A stretch of 26,553 nt of DNA from Bacteriovoracaceae bacterium (GCA_041586955.1 JBFGZE010000042.1:1-26553), one strand, 5' to 3'; shown: positions 16,511 to 26,303, numbered from the stretch's first letter. The notes: generated from the sequence alone by a model not told the origin. Made by a program: numbers and translations.

Positions 16511-17329
16511 ATGGCCGGAATTTGGTATTACGTAGATGGGAGAGAGCGGGTTGGTCCCGTTGAAATTTCCGAAATTGAATCATTATTTTCTAATGGAAAA
16601 TTAACGAGCGAAAGCTACGTATGGCGTAAAGGTTTTGGTGACTGGGTCGCTTTAAAAGATGCTGAAGAATTAGCGCATATTTTAAGTCCTGCTCCGACAG
16701 AAAAAATTGAAGATGAAGTTACTGCTGAAATTAATGTTGAAGATCTTCCTCCGCAAATTCCCTGGGAAGAGAGAAAAGAATTTAATTGGCATGAACTCGA
16801 TGAAGATGCCAAGGTTATTACCATAAAAATCGGTCTTGATAGAGGTACCGAAGAAGTGGAGTATGGGCCTTACTCTATTAGTCAATTGCGAGTGGCCGTG
16901 ACAGAAAATCGTATTAATGAAAAAACATTTATTTTTGCTCCAGGTATGCCTAGTTGGCGCTTTCTTGGTGAAACCCCTTTATTTGGAATTCTCGGAAGGG
17001 AAGATGAAGTGGAATTAACAGAAGAGGATCGTCGCATGAATGTGCGTAAACCTTTTGTCGCTCGCATGCTTTTTAGCGATGAAAGTAGTGTTCATGAGGG
17101 GATCTGCCGCGATATCTCTGTTGGTGGAATGCAGATTTTATTGGCCGATACCCCCTGTAAAGTAGGTGACTCTATCAACCTCAACGTTCATCCAGAAAAC
17201 TCCGAGCATTGTTTTGTCGCCAAGGGGAGTATTGTTCGTCTTCTCGATGGGAATCAAGGATTTTCCATGCGTTTTGAGCAACTTGAAGGTAACGCTTTGT
17301 CCGCTATTAACGCTTATCTTGACGAATAA
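16511..17329 (+). CDS. Tandem GYF_2 (DUF4339) plus PilZ domain protein
   Basis: ATG 16511 after GAGGAG. WYY...GPV...VWRKGFGDW and YGPYS...IFAPGMPSW; PilZ RMNVR (RxxxR) and DISVGG (DxSxxG). Confidence 0.85.
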   Translation: MAGIWYYVDGRERVGPVEISEIESLFSNGKLTSESYVWRKGFGDWVALKDAEELAHILSPAPTEKIEDEVTAEINVEDLPPQIPWEERKEFNWHELDEDAKVITIKIGLDRGTEEVEYGPYSISQLRVAVTENRINEKTFIFAPGMPSWRFLGETPLFGILGREDEVELTEEDRRMNVRKPFVARMLFSDESSVHEGICRDISVGGMQILLADTPCKVGDSINLNVHPENSEHCFVAKGSIVRLLDGNQGFSMRFEQLEGNALSAINAYLDE

Positions 17330-17397
17330 AGAAAAAAAGCAGACAAAGTTTTAATCAGGGCCTAGAATAAGGTTTTGATTTATTGAAGAGAGTCTCT

Positions 17398-17922
17398 ATG
17401 GCCAAAAAAATTATTCTTTGTTCTTGTTTATTATTCATGGCCTTGGCCTGCTCAAGCTTGTCTAAAAATGTGGTGAAGAAGGGAAGTATTGTCCTTCGTG
17501 GCGGTCGGCTAGGTAATCTTGAATGGGAAACAAATTTACGCTTCGAGCGAATTTCTTGGTACAAAGAATTAACTATGTTCTATGACCTTTTGGTAACAGA
17601 AATCACTCCTGATTCGCCTTTTTATGCCTGGTTTTCCAAAGTCGAGCAGGAAATCGTTCAAAATTGTAAAGACTTTCGTATTATGATGGGTTACGCCCTG
17701 GACCCGGATAAGATTGGTCATAGTGATATTCTCAGTGAATTTGAAAAATCAGGATTTAAGCGGGTGGCCATCCCTAATTTCAAAGTAAACCTCGTTATGC
17801 ACCCCAATTTTGAGAAATTATCCATGCAGCTCTATCAAGTTTATGGGATTTGCCAAGAGTCCGAAATTAAAAGAGAAAAGATCACCTTCATCTTACCTGG
17901 CTTTCGTGAAATGACTCTTTAA
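17398..17922 (+). CDS. Hypothetical lipoprotein
   Basis: Likely start ATG 17398 (MAKKIIL); lipobox ALAC. Confidence 0.7.
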   Translation: MAKKIILCSCLLFMALACSSLSKNVVKKGSIVLRGGRLGNLEWETNLRFERISWYKELTMFYDLLVTEITPDSPFYAWFSKVEQEIVQNCKDFRIMMGYALDPDKIGHSDILSEFEKSGFKRVAIPNFKVNLVMHPNFEKLSMQLYQVYGICQESEIKREKITFILPGFREMTL

Positions 17923-17951
17923 GTCTTTGAAAACTCGTTTAAAATTAGAAT

Positions 17952-17978
17952 TAACTATTTTCCTTAAATATCCGATGA
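17952..17978 (+). promoter_or_regulatory. Sigma-28 (FliA)-type promoter
   Basis: TAAC-N15-TCCGATGA, 22 nt before the kinase start and just before the AAGGAG RBS. Confidence 0.5.
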
Positions 17979-18000
17979 GAATTTAAGGAGAATTGCCTCT

Positions 18001-20118
18001 ATGGCCAAGAAAAAACAAAGATTCGGTCGCTATTTGATCTTAGATCATCTCATTAATGGAGGGATGGCCAAGATTTGTCGCGCCCGCTATTTAGGAGAGC
18101 AAGCGGATCGTATTGTTGCCATGAAAATGGTTCAATCGCAGTATTCGAATGATGAATCTTTTCGTGTCATGTTTCTCGATGAAATTAAGGTAACCTTTGG
18201 CCTTCTTCACCCTAATATTGTTCAAATTTATGATTATGGTCATCAAGATGGACAATTATATGTCGCGATGGAATATTGTGATGGCCGTAACCTCAAAGAA
18301 TACCTCGATAAATTAAAAGAGAAGAAGTTTGTTTTTCCTGTCGAAATCTCGGTTTATATTATAACTCAAGTTTGCCAGGGCCTTAATTATGCTCATTCTC
18401 ATACAGATAAATTAACAGGGAAGGCCGCGAATATTGTTCATCGCGATATCTCACCTCATAATATTATGCTCACATTCGATGGGGCCATTAAGATTATTGA
18501 CTTTGGTATCGCCAAGGCCGAAACAAACTCAGAGGCGACTCAGGCGGGAACCATCAAGGGAAAATTATCTTACCTTGCTCCAGAGTATTTAGAGAATCTT
18601 GAGTTAGATCATCGTTATGATCAATTTGCAGTGGGTATTACCCTATGGGAAATGCTCTGCTCACAAAAATTATTTAAAGCGAGAAATGACCTCGCTGTTC
18701 TTAAAAAAATTCAAGAATGTGATGTTAGGCCACCATCTAGTATCAATCCCAATGTACCTAAGGAATTGGATGAGATTGTTCTTCGCGCTCTCAGTCGCAA
18801 TAGAGAAAAGCGCTATGAGAATATGGACCAGCTTAACCGCGCCCTTAATAAATATCTTTTTGCCAATTACCCCGATTTTAATTCCTCTGACTTATCATTT
18901 TTTGCAAAAGAATTATTTAAAGATGAAATCAAAAAAGATCGTGCTCGTTTAGTTGAGTATGGGCAAATGGATATCACTGAATATTTAGAGGATCTTAAAA
19001 AAGATGGGAATCATGGGCATTCCACTTCGGCCTGGGCCGAAGAACCTTCTTCCCCTGTTACTGAGACAAAGAAAGGGGACCAAACCAAAACAGAAAAAAC
19101 CCGTTCACGAGTTACAATATTTGATTTTGATAAAGACAATAATCGATCTAATGAACCGGAGGAAACGAAAGGTTCTATTCTGGTTAAGGAAAAAAGAAAA
19201 GCAAACTTTCTTAAAAAACGTAAGTCAAGTGACCTAACGAGTTTAGGAAATATGGAAGTCAATAGCGCACAAAACCGAATGAATAGCAATAAAAGTATCT
19301 CGAAGAAAGGCCGGGGCCGAGGTAGGGGAAGTGATAAGATTTTATGGATAGCTGTTGTTTTCGTGGGCATGCTCATTTATCCCATCGTTTTTGACAAAAA
19401 ATTATCACAGGAGATTCTTTCCGTATTTTCTAATGGAAAGAAGGCCCTCGCGAGAAGTGTTGCCCAGAGCAAGACTGGCAATAATGATAAAGTGATTATT
19501 AAAAAAGACGTTGCTGACAATTCAAAAAATAAAAAGACCGGTATTGATGAGGACCCTATTCTCGATGACCCTGCTGATGGAAATTTAAATCAGAATAACC
19601 CGGTCGATACCAATACAGTATTGGCCAAATTGAGATTAGTGCAATTTGATAAATATACAGAACGTATTTTTATTAATGGTGAACGTCAAAAGGTCGACTA
19701 TTTAGACATGATTCAAGTTCCTCGTGGGCGAGAATTCTTTTTACGAGTCGAAAGTTCACGCCTTATGCCTCATGTTGAAAAATTGGTGATTAAAGACTCT
19801 GAGGAAACTTATCGCATTCCACGACGAGCTGATGCTGATTTTGGGCATATTATTACGAGTCGCAATTGTGTTCAGGGCAGGCTTAAGTTTGAGCTATTTG
19901 GTGAACAGCGCACCGAAATTCTTCCCATTAAAAATCGCTTTGGAGTCATTTTTCCCATTACTGGTGATGGACGTCATCCCGCCAATGAGAAAGGGGATAT
20001 TGTTTATCAACTAACTTATCAAAAAGAATTTGAAAACTTTGAAAGAAAAATCGAAGTGGTCTTTAATAAATCAGGGCAACGAATTGATCTATGCTCGCTT
20101 ATCAAATCTAAGAAATAG
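18001..20118 (+). CDS. Hanks-type Ser/Thr protein kinase with one TM helix and extracytoplasmic C-terminus
   Basis: GGMAKI, VAMK, FLDE, HRDISPHN, DFGIAK, GKLSYLAPE, DQFAVG; TM ILWIAVVFVGMLIYPIVF. Confidence 0.92.
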   Translation: MAKKKQRFGRYLILDHLINGGMAKICRARYLGEQADRIVAMKMVQSQYSNDESFRVMFLDEIKVTFGLLHPNIVQIYDYGHQDGQLYVAMEYCDGRNLKEYLDKLKEKKFVFPVEISVYIITQVCQGLNYAHSHTDKLTGKAANIVHRDISPHNIMLTFDGAIKIIDFGIAKAETNSEATQAGTIKGKLSYLAPEYLENLELDHRYDQFAVGITLWEMLCSQKLFKARNDLAVLKKIQECDVRPPSSINPNVPKELDEIVLRALSRNREKRYENMDQLNRALNKYLFANYPDFNSSDLSFFAKELFKDEIKKDRARLVEYGQMDITEYLEDLKKDGNHGHSTSAWAEEPSSPVTETKKGDQTKTEKTRSRVTIFDFDKDNNRSNEPEETKGSILVKEKRKANFLKKRKSSDLTSLGNMEVNSAQNRMNSNKSISKKGRGRGRGSDKILWIAVVFVGMLIYPIVFDKKLSQEILSVFSNGKKALARSVAQSKTGNNDKVIIKKDVADNSKNKKTGIDEDPILDDPADGNLNQNNPVDTNTVLAKLRLVQFDKYTERIFINGERQKVDYLDMIQVPRGREFFLRVESSRLMPHVEKLVIKDSEETYRIPRRADADFGHIITSRNCVQGRLKFELFGEQRTEILPIKNRFGVIFPITGDGRHPANEKGDIVYQLTYQKEFENFERKIEVVFNKSGQRIDLCSLIKSKK

Positions 20119-20134
20119 GTTTTCTCTTAAAATT

Positions 20135-21394
20135 TTAGCGAATGATCTCAAAGTAAATCATCGCTGCATTGGCCACAAACATCACTAAAACAATGGAATA
20201 ACAGATAAAATTATAAATAGGTCCATTGGTGTATTCGCCCATGATATCCGGATCATTGCAGAGGTTGACAATGAAAAGAAGAATCAAAGGAATGAGAACA
20301 CCATTGAGAACCTGAGACCAAATGAGTATACCAAATAAATTGATTCCAGGAATGAGAATAAGGGCGGCGCCAATAACCACCAAAGCAGTAAAAATGGTGA
20401 AAAAGTTGGGGGCCTCCTTAAATGTTTTATCAACACCTGATTCCCAGCCCATACCTTCACAAACATAATAACTCGTTGCTAAGGGGAGCAAGGCCGCAGC
20501 AAAAAAGGAGGCATTAAAAAGTCCGACGCCAAAGAGCGCTGAGGAATAATCGCCGGCCAGGGGCTTTAGGGCCAAGGCGGCATCCTTGGCATCAGTAATT
20601 TGAACTCCGGCATGAAACATTGTAGCGGCACAGCAAAGAATAATAAAAATAGTTACAACAAGCATTAAAAAGCAGCCGGCGACGACATCCACTTTAGAAT
20701 GCCAAAGGTGCTTGATGGAGGTGCCTTTCTCCACTACTGCTGATTGAATATAGAACTGCATCCAAGGCGTAATGGAAGTCCCAATCAGCCCCACAATAAT
20801 AGGCATATCAGACCTTTTCATGGAGGAGAAATCGGGATTAAACATGGAGGTGGCGACTAACTCCCAGTCTGGCCCAATAATAAATCCTGAAACGATATAG
20901 GAGAGATAAACCACACAGCCGGCCAAAAATACCCGCTCCACAATTTTATAATCTCCCTTGGTTACAAGTAGCCAGACAAAGAGTGAACAAATAGGGACGG
21001 AGATATATTTAGATACTCCAAAGATCTCTCCTGCTGAAGCGATACCAGCAAACTCGGCCATGGTATTACCTAGATCAGCGATAATGAGGAATGTTAAACT
21101 ATAAAAGGTAATTTTTAGGCCATATTTCTCTCGAATGAGATCGGCCAGGCCTTTACCTGAAACAATACCCATGCGAGCAGACATCTCTTGCACTAAAACG
21201 AGGGCAATAGTGATCGGAGTGAGAACCCATAGGAGACGATAACCGGTATGAGCTCCAGTTAATGAATAGGTGGCAATTCCGCCAGCATCATTATCAATAT
21301 TCGCTGTAATAAGACCGGGCCCAACAACCCCCAGCAAGAGGATTGTTTTTTGCCAGAGTCCTAATTTTTGAGGGGATTCTTTTTTCTCGCCCAT
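20135..21394 (-). CDS. Nramp-related divalent cation (probably Mg2+) transporter
   Basis: Polytopic SLC11-like protein; GPGLITANIDNDAGG, QEMSARMG, GTSITPWMQFYIQS. Confidence 0.85.
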   Translation of the reverse strand: MGEKKESPQKLGLWQKTILLLGVVGPGLITANIDNDAGGIATYSLTGAHTGYRLLWVLTPITIALVLVQEMSARMGIVSGKGLADLIREKYGLKITFYSLTFLIIADLGNTMAEFAGIASAGEIFGVSKYISVPICSLFVWLLVTKGDYKIVERVFLAGCVVYLSYIVSGFIIGPDWELVATSMFNPDFSSMKRSDMPIIVGLIGTSITPWMQFYIQSAVVEKGTSIKHLWHSKVDVVAGCFLMLVVTIFIILCCAATMFHAGVQITDAKDAALALKPLAGDYSSALFGVGLFNASFFAAALLPLATSYYVCEGMGWESGVDKTFKEAPNFFTIFTALVVIGAALILIPGINLFGILIWSQVLNGVLIPLILLFIVNLCNDPDIMGEYTNGPIYNFICYSIVLVMFVANAAMIYFEIIR

Positions 21395-21408
21395 GAATCA
21401 TCATTCCT

Positions 21409-22743
21409 TTAATCGTCTAATAACCATGGCAAAATATCATCAACTGATACAATGCCTAATAGGCGATTCCCTTCACCCGTAATGGGAACATTCATTAAAT
21501 TATATTTACTCATAAAGTGAGCGATTTCCTTCCACTTTACATCTGGGGTAAGCGACTTGATATCATCTGATTTCATGATCTCTGATATCTCGGTATCTTC
21601 TTCTCTTAAAAGAAGGTCATGTAAAGTACATATTCCCAATAGAGTTTCATCTTTATCGGTAACAAAAATATCGTAGATGGTTTCAAATTCTTCAGACCTT
21701 TCACGGATGAGGGAGAGGACTTTTGTTTTAGGAGTGTCTGGGGGGACTTCGAAGATTTCGGTGGTCATTAGGCCGCCAGCAGTATCTTCTTGGTACTCCA
21801 GGAGTTCCTGGATTTCCTCTTGAATTTCGTTATCTTCAATTTTATCAATGATTTCATTTTTCTTACTTTCAGATAAATCAGAGAGAACATCGGCAGCATC
21901 ATCAGTGTCCATATTTGCAATTATTTTAGCAGCATCTTCAGTGGTTTCATTTTTTAAAAGATTTGCCTTAAATTCATCCTCGACTTCCGATAAAGTCTCC
22001 GCTGCCATTTTAGGATCGAGGCTGGTAAAAATCATTCCACGGCCGTGGGTATCGAGGTCCTCTAGAATATCGGCCAAGTCGGCCGGGTGAATGCCTTTAA
22101 TATCTTCATTGGATAAGCTCAATTTGACTGAACTTTGCATCGATCGATTGGGAATGGCATGTACGTATTTCCAATTAATCAGAGTTTCTTTCGTTAAATA
22201 GGGAGATTTTGGTCGCAACGTTTTGACGACAAAGTCTACGATCGGTTCATAGCCTAGGCGTCGGAACATGGCGCGCAAACCAACTGCTGCGTGGGTGACA
22301 CGCATGGTTTTTCCCGTTCGGATCAGGCGAATATCGTTGACGCGAACAACTTTTTTGCCATAAGTATCGACAATCTGCTTATCAAGAATAATTTTACCAA
22401 GTGCCGGGTACTCCATCGTTTCCCCGGTAAATTGATTGGCCAATAGGGAGGTGATGACCTTTCGCGTTTGGGCCTTCGGGAATGTACGGCTGCGACCGAT
22501 AAAGGAGTCCGTTTTGATGACCACTTTTTGTAAGTTAAAGGCCTTGACGTCATCCCATGAGATATAAAATAATTGTTTATTGCGTTTGTATTGAATAGCG
22601 AGAATTTGAGGGTAGACGTCTTCATAATCCACAAAGAAGTCATTGAGGGTACCAATCTTTTGTTCCTCTTCGTTATAGATTGTAACTCCTATACATTGGG
22701 AGAAGTGAATGGTGATATCGTCAATTTGATCAAAAATGGCCAT
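21409..22743 (-). CDS. Soluble MgtE-like protein (PRC-barrel-like, MgtE N domain, CBS pair; no TM domain)
   Basis: DKQIVDTYGKKVVRVND, HPADLADILEDL, YQEDTAGGLMTTE, GIVSVDDIL then stop; no hydrophobic helices. Confidence 0.85.
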   Translation of the reverse strand: MAIFDQIDDITIHFSQCIGVTIYNEEEQKIGTLNDFFVDYEDVYPQILAIQYKRNKQLFYISWDDVKAFNLQKVVIKTDSFIGRSRTFPKAQTRKVITSLLANQFTGETMEYPALGKIILDKQIVDTYGKKVVRVNDIRLIRTGKTMRVTHAAVGLRAMFRRLGYEPIVDFVVKTLRPKSPYLTKETLINWKYVHAIPNRSMQSSVKLSLSNEDIKGIHPADLADILEDLDTHGRGMIFTSLDPKMAAETLSEVEDEFKANLLKNETTEDAAKIIANMDTDDAADVLSDLSESKKNEIIDKIEDNEIQEEIQELLEYQEDTAGGLMTTEIFEVPPDTPKTKVLSLIRERSEEFETIYDIFVTDKDETLLGICTLHDLLLREEDTEISEIMKSDDIKSLTPDVKWKEIAHFMSKYNLMNVPITGEGNRLLGIVSVDDILPWLLDD

Positions 22744-22745
22744 AA

Positions 22746-23591
22746 TTATTTTTTCGTTTGTTTAAAAATATTATTTTTTCTCATATTGAGTAACTTCATA
22801 ATTTCAGCGGCCGTTTCTTCTAACGCCTTGCCAGTCACATTAAATACTGGCCAACGTTTATTTTCTTTAAAAATGGCATTGGCCCATTCTAATTCTTCAT
22901 GGACCTTGACTTCGTTAGCGTAATCACCTGTCAGGCGGTTTGCTCCGAGGCGATTGAGGCGATTTGCTCGTATTTTTTGAAGTGCCTCTGGCTCAATCGT
23001 GAGCGCAAAAATTTTTCGCTGATCGATTTTAAAAAGCTCCTCATGCAGAGGTGTCTTGTTAATAAGAGGAATATTAACCACTTTAAGGCCATGAAGGGAG
23101 AGGTAGAGGGAGAGTGGTGTCTTCGAGGTACGAGAAATTCCTACCAGGACCACGTCGGCCAATTGGAGGGATTCTAAATTGCGACCATCGTCATGGTTGA
23201 GGGTAAACTCCATCGCCTCAACTCGTTTAAAATAATTGTCATTAACTTGATGTAATAGTCCTGGCTCAGAAATAGGCTCTTGATCAAAATAATTGGAGAA
23301 CACAGTAATCGCCGGGCCTAAAACATCTAATGTCCGTACATGCTTGATTCGAGAGATTTCGGCGACATATTCTCGGAGTTCTGTACTGACAATCGTATAG
23401 GCGACGAGGTCATGATGAATCGCTGCTTCGGTAAAGATTGCTTCTATTTGCTCTATGCTGCGGACATTTTTATAACGAGTAAAGTAGACATCACGGCCCT
23501 CAAATTGAGTCATAACTGCACGGCATACAGCTGTCCCTGTTTCTCCGGTACCATCAGAGATGATGATAATTTTTAAGCGCTTCGTATTCAT
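22746..23591 (-). CDS. ppsR: PEP synthase / pyruvate-phosphate dikinase regulatory kinase-pyrophosphorylase (DUF299)
   Basis: Likely start ATG 23591; ISDGTGET, HDDG, GISRTSKTP, KALEETA. Confidence 0.9.
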   Translation of the reverse strand: MNTKRLKIIIISDGTGETGTAVCRAVMTQFEGRDVYFTRYKNVRSIEQIEAIFTEAAIHHDLVAYTIVSTELREYVAEISRIKHVRTLDVLGPAITVFSNYFDQEPISEPGLLHQVNDNYFKRVEAMEFTLNHDDGRNLESLQLADVVLVGISRTSKTPLSLYLSLHGLKVVNIPLINKTPLHEELFKIDQRKIFALTIEPEALQKIRANRLNRLGANRLTGDYANEVKVHEELEWANAIFKENKRWPVFNVTGKALEETAAEIMKLLNMRKNNIFKQTKK

Positions 23592-23613
23592 GATGAACTG
23601 CCTCAACTCTATT

Positions 23614-24627
23614 CTACACCAAGGAGTTTTGAGGATCAGGAGGGCCCTCATTTTCCTCTTTTAGGAATTCAAGGGTATCTTGCAGGATTTTCTCTCTTTC
23701 AGCAAGAGGATGGTAAACGGTTTTGGGTTGGACTTTGTTAAAGAAGGTTCGCTGGGATTTGGCGAGTCGGCGAGTATTAATATAAATACGCTCGATCAAT
23801 TTCTTTTCCGACGGGATTGCTTGGTTAATAAAGTCGATGGTCTCCTTATAGCCAATTGATTGCAAGGGCTTCTCACTGCCATTGAGACCATTTTTTAAAA
23901 GGGATTCGACTTCTTGGATCAGCCCATTTTCAACCATTTTAGCGGCGCGCTTTTCCATATAGGGCCAATGCTCATCCTTTGGCATGTCTAAGTAAATATG
24001 ATGGATTTTCCATTCCGGGAATTGGCAAGTCGAAAAATCATAGGGCGCGAGATCATCAAGTTTTTCTTTTTGGGAGGAGAGAGGAGTACCGCTCATGAGA
24101 AAATGCTCCAGAGCACGCATCAGGCGGTAATGGTCGTTAGGGTGTAATTGTTCAAGGGATTTTGGATCGACCTTCTCCAATTCACTAATAATACCTTCGA
24201 TGCCTTTTTCTTGATAAAGATTGGCCACTCGCGTTTTAATTTCCGGGATCGGCGTATTGGAGTCGTACATACCTTTGATCAGCGCCCGTAGATAAAATCC
24301 ACTACCTCCTATTAAAATAGGGATGACATTTTTTTTATGGAGACCTTTAATGATAATTTCTGCGCGAGCAGAAAATTCATGGGCATTAAGCGGTTCTTTT
24401 GCTGATTGAACATCAATCAAATAATGGGGGACACCCTGGCGTTCCTCTAGCGTTGGTTTGGCAGTACCAAGTGATAATTCGCGATAGAAAAGTAAGGAAT
24501 CAAAATTAATTATGGCGGCCTTTTTGTCTTCTTTTTCAATGAGGTATTTCGCCAAATCGATACTGGTTTGCGTTTTGCCGGAACAAGTGGGGCCGGAAAT
24601 AATAATGACTGGGAATTGTACACTCAT
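23614..24627 (-). CDS. miaA: tRNA dimethylallyltransferase
   Basis: GPTCSGKT, DSLLFY, GTAKP, GGSGFYL, SIGYKE, TRRLAKSQRTF. Confidence 0.95.
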   Translation of the reverse strand: MSVQFPVIIISGPTCSGKTQTSIDLAKYLIEKEDKKAAIINFDSLLFYRELSLGTAKPTLEERQGVPHYLIDVQSAKEPLNAHEFSARAEIIIKGLHKKNVIPILIGGSGFYLRALIKGMYDSNTPIPEIKTRVANLYQEKGIEGIISELEKVDPKSLEQLHPNDHYRLMRALEHFLMSGTPLSSQKEKLDDLAPYDFSTCQFPEWKIHHIYLDMPKDEHWPYMEKRAAKMVENGLIQEVESLLKNGLNGSEKPLQSIGYKETIDFINQAIPSEKKLIERIYINTRRLAKSQRTFFNKVQPKTVYHPLAEREKILQDTLEFLKEENEGPPDPQNSLV

Positions 24628-26303
24628 AATTGATTAAACCATTGGTCCAGATCATCTAGAGTTATGAGTTTGACCCAATTCTTTTCGATGAGAGTTGTCA
24701 GTTTATATTTTTGTAATAGATTTTCAAAACGCCTACGCGTAATTGGAGGGAAGGGCATTTCCCATGGAAGCTCAATAAGTTGTGAAAAGCTTTGGCCTTT
24801 ATCTTTGGCCATGAGGGCACTTAAAAACTCACGGTAGGCAAGTCCATCCCATAGATGATGGATTGTACGCAGGGCGAGAGTTTTATCATCAAGGCGATCA
24901 AATTCAAATCCCCAGTCTTTAAAAGTTTCAAGGTGTTGGTTAAAAGTATGACTTAGCGTCAACTCAAAGGGTTCAGAGATAAGGAGTGGCAAAAGAGCAT
25001 TAGGGTCAAAGGCCTCCTCTTGCCACAGATTTTTTAATAATTGATGGCAATGTATCATCGCCCATTTATTTTCAAAAGGTAAGAGGAGATGGCGTTCTCC
25101 CATCCAATGGGCACCGATCGCGCTTTCCTTAGGACTTACCCCAAGAAAATCATTCTCAACGGGAGTCTGCTCTAATTGAAAAGGGGATTCTTGATAGGGG
25201 GAAAGGTCACCGCTAAAGGTCGGGTCTGCTGGCGTGGGAAAAGGAGATTCACTTTTGACTGGCGCCGAAATTCCACTGCTCGAAATGGCCTTTTCAATGG
25301 CCCCGCCCACTAAAGAAAAAACTAAACTGGCCTTTTCAAATTTAACATGGGTCTTATTTGGGTGGACATTAACATCAAGGGATTGAGGGGGGACTTCAAG
25401 AAAAAGGCAATAATGCCCAATCATTCCTGTGCCCCAAATGGCTTCTGATTTCCTGAGAATGATTTGATGAATGGTCTTATCGGTAAAAATTCTTTTGTTT
25501 ACAAATAGAAAGTGTTGTTTTCCGGCATTACCTTTTGTTCCGTGGACCGAAATATGACCTTTAAAGGAATGGCCTTCATATTCGCCTTCAATATAAAGGA
25601 GGTCTTGTTCTTTCTTTTTCTTTTTAAAAAGTACTTTTTCGACTCTTTTTTTGAACTGTTCACTATTAGCTGTGGCACGGAATATCTCTTTTTCTTCTTC
25701 ATCATATTTAAAAGTAAAGCCGACCTTGGGGTTGGCGAGGATGAAGGAATAGATCATGCGTTTTAATGAGTTTTTTTCACTTTGTTTGGATTTAATAAAT
25801 TTGAGGCGGACGGGTGTATTAAAAAATAAATCGCGGACAAAAATAGAGGTTCCAGGTTTTCCCTCTCCTAATTGGATATGAGATTTGGTTTGGCCACCAT
25901 GAATTTCAATTTTACCTCCTCCTTGAGTATTCCCCTTGGGTCGACTATTGCAAGTGAGGCGGGAGATAGAAGAGACAGAGGCCAAGGCCTCTCCACGAAA
26001 ACCAAAGGTATAAAGTCCATACAGGTCTTCAAAGCGTTCAATCTTAGAAGTGGCATGGCGAGAAAAAGCATAGGGCAAATCATCGTATTGCATGCCATGG
26101 CCATCATCTTCGACACTAATCAGTTCGATACCATTGGCCACCAAGGTGATTTGTACCTGAGAGGCCTTAGCATCAATAGCATTTTCCACTAATTCTTTAA
26201 TCACGGAACTAGGGCGTTCAATGACTTCACCGGCCTTAATTTGATCAATTAAGTGTTCTGGTAATAGATGGATTTTTTGTTGATAATCGTTTGTTTGCTT
26301 CAT
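24624..26303 (-). CDS. mutL: DNA mismatch repair protein MutL (short, degenerate C-terminal domain)
   Basis: AGEVIERPSSVIKELVENAIDA, DDGHG, HATSKI, GFRGEALAS, LFFNTPVRLKF, DVNVHPNK. Confidence 0.92.
   Translation of the reverse strand: MKQTNDYQQKIHLLPEHLIDQIKAGEVIERPSSVIKELVENAIDAKASQVQITLVANGIELISVEDDGHGMQYDDLPYAFSRHATSKIERFEDLYGLYTFGFRGEALASVSSISRLTCNSRPKGNTQGGGKIEIHGGQTKSHIQLGEGKPGTSIFVRDLFFNTPVRLKFIKSKQSEKNSLKRMIYSFILANPKVGFTFKYDEEEKEIFRATANSEQFKKRVEKVLFKKKKKEQDLLYIEGEYEGHSFKGHISVHGTKGNAGKQHFLFVNKRIFTDKTIHQIILRKSEAIWGTGMIGHYCLFLEVPPQSLDVNVHPNKTHVKFEKASLVFSLVGGAIEKAISSSGISAPVKSESPFPTPADPTFSGDLSPYQESPFQLEQTPVENDFLGVSPKESAIGAHWMGERHLLLPFENKWAMIHCHQLLKNLWQEEAFDPNALLPLLISEPFELTLSHTFNQHLETFKDWGFEFDRLDDKTLALRTIHHLWDGLAYREFLSALMAKDKGQSFSQLIELPWEMPFPPITRRRFENLLQKYKLTTLIEKNWVKLITLDDLDQWFNQL

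Noticed and set aside
21395..21408. Frameshifted or truncated mgtE pseudogene
   Set aside because: The downstream gene is an intact Nramp-fold protein with its own RBS; no MgtE TM remnant.
22744..22745. M-box riboswitch ahead of the Mg2+ module
   Set aside because: Only 2 bp of intergenic space.
204..26192. Remaining short ORFs nested in or antisense to called genes
   Set aside because: Overlap well-supported CDSs and show no recognisable motifs.
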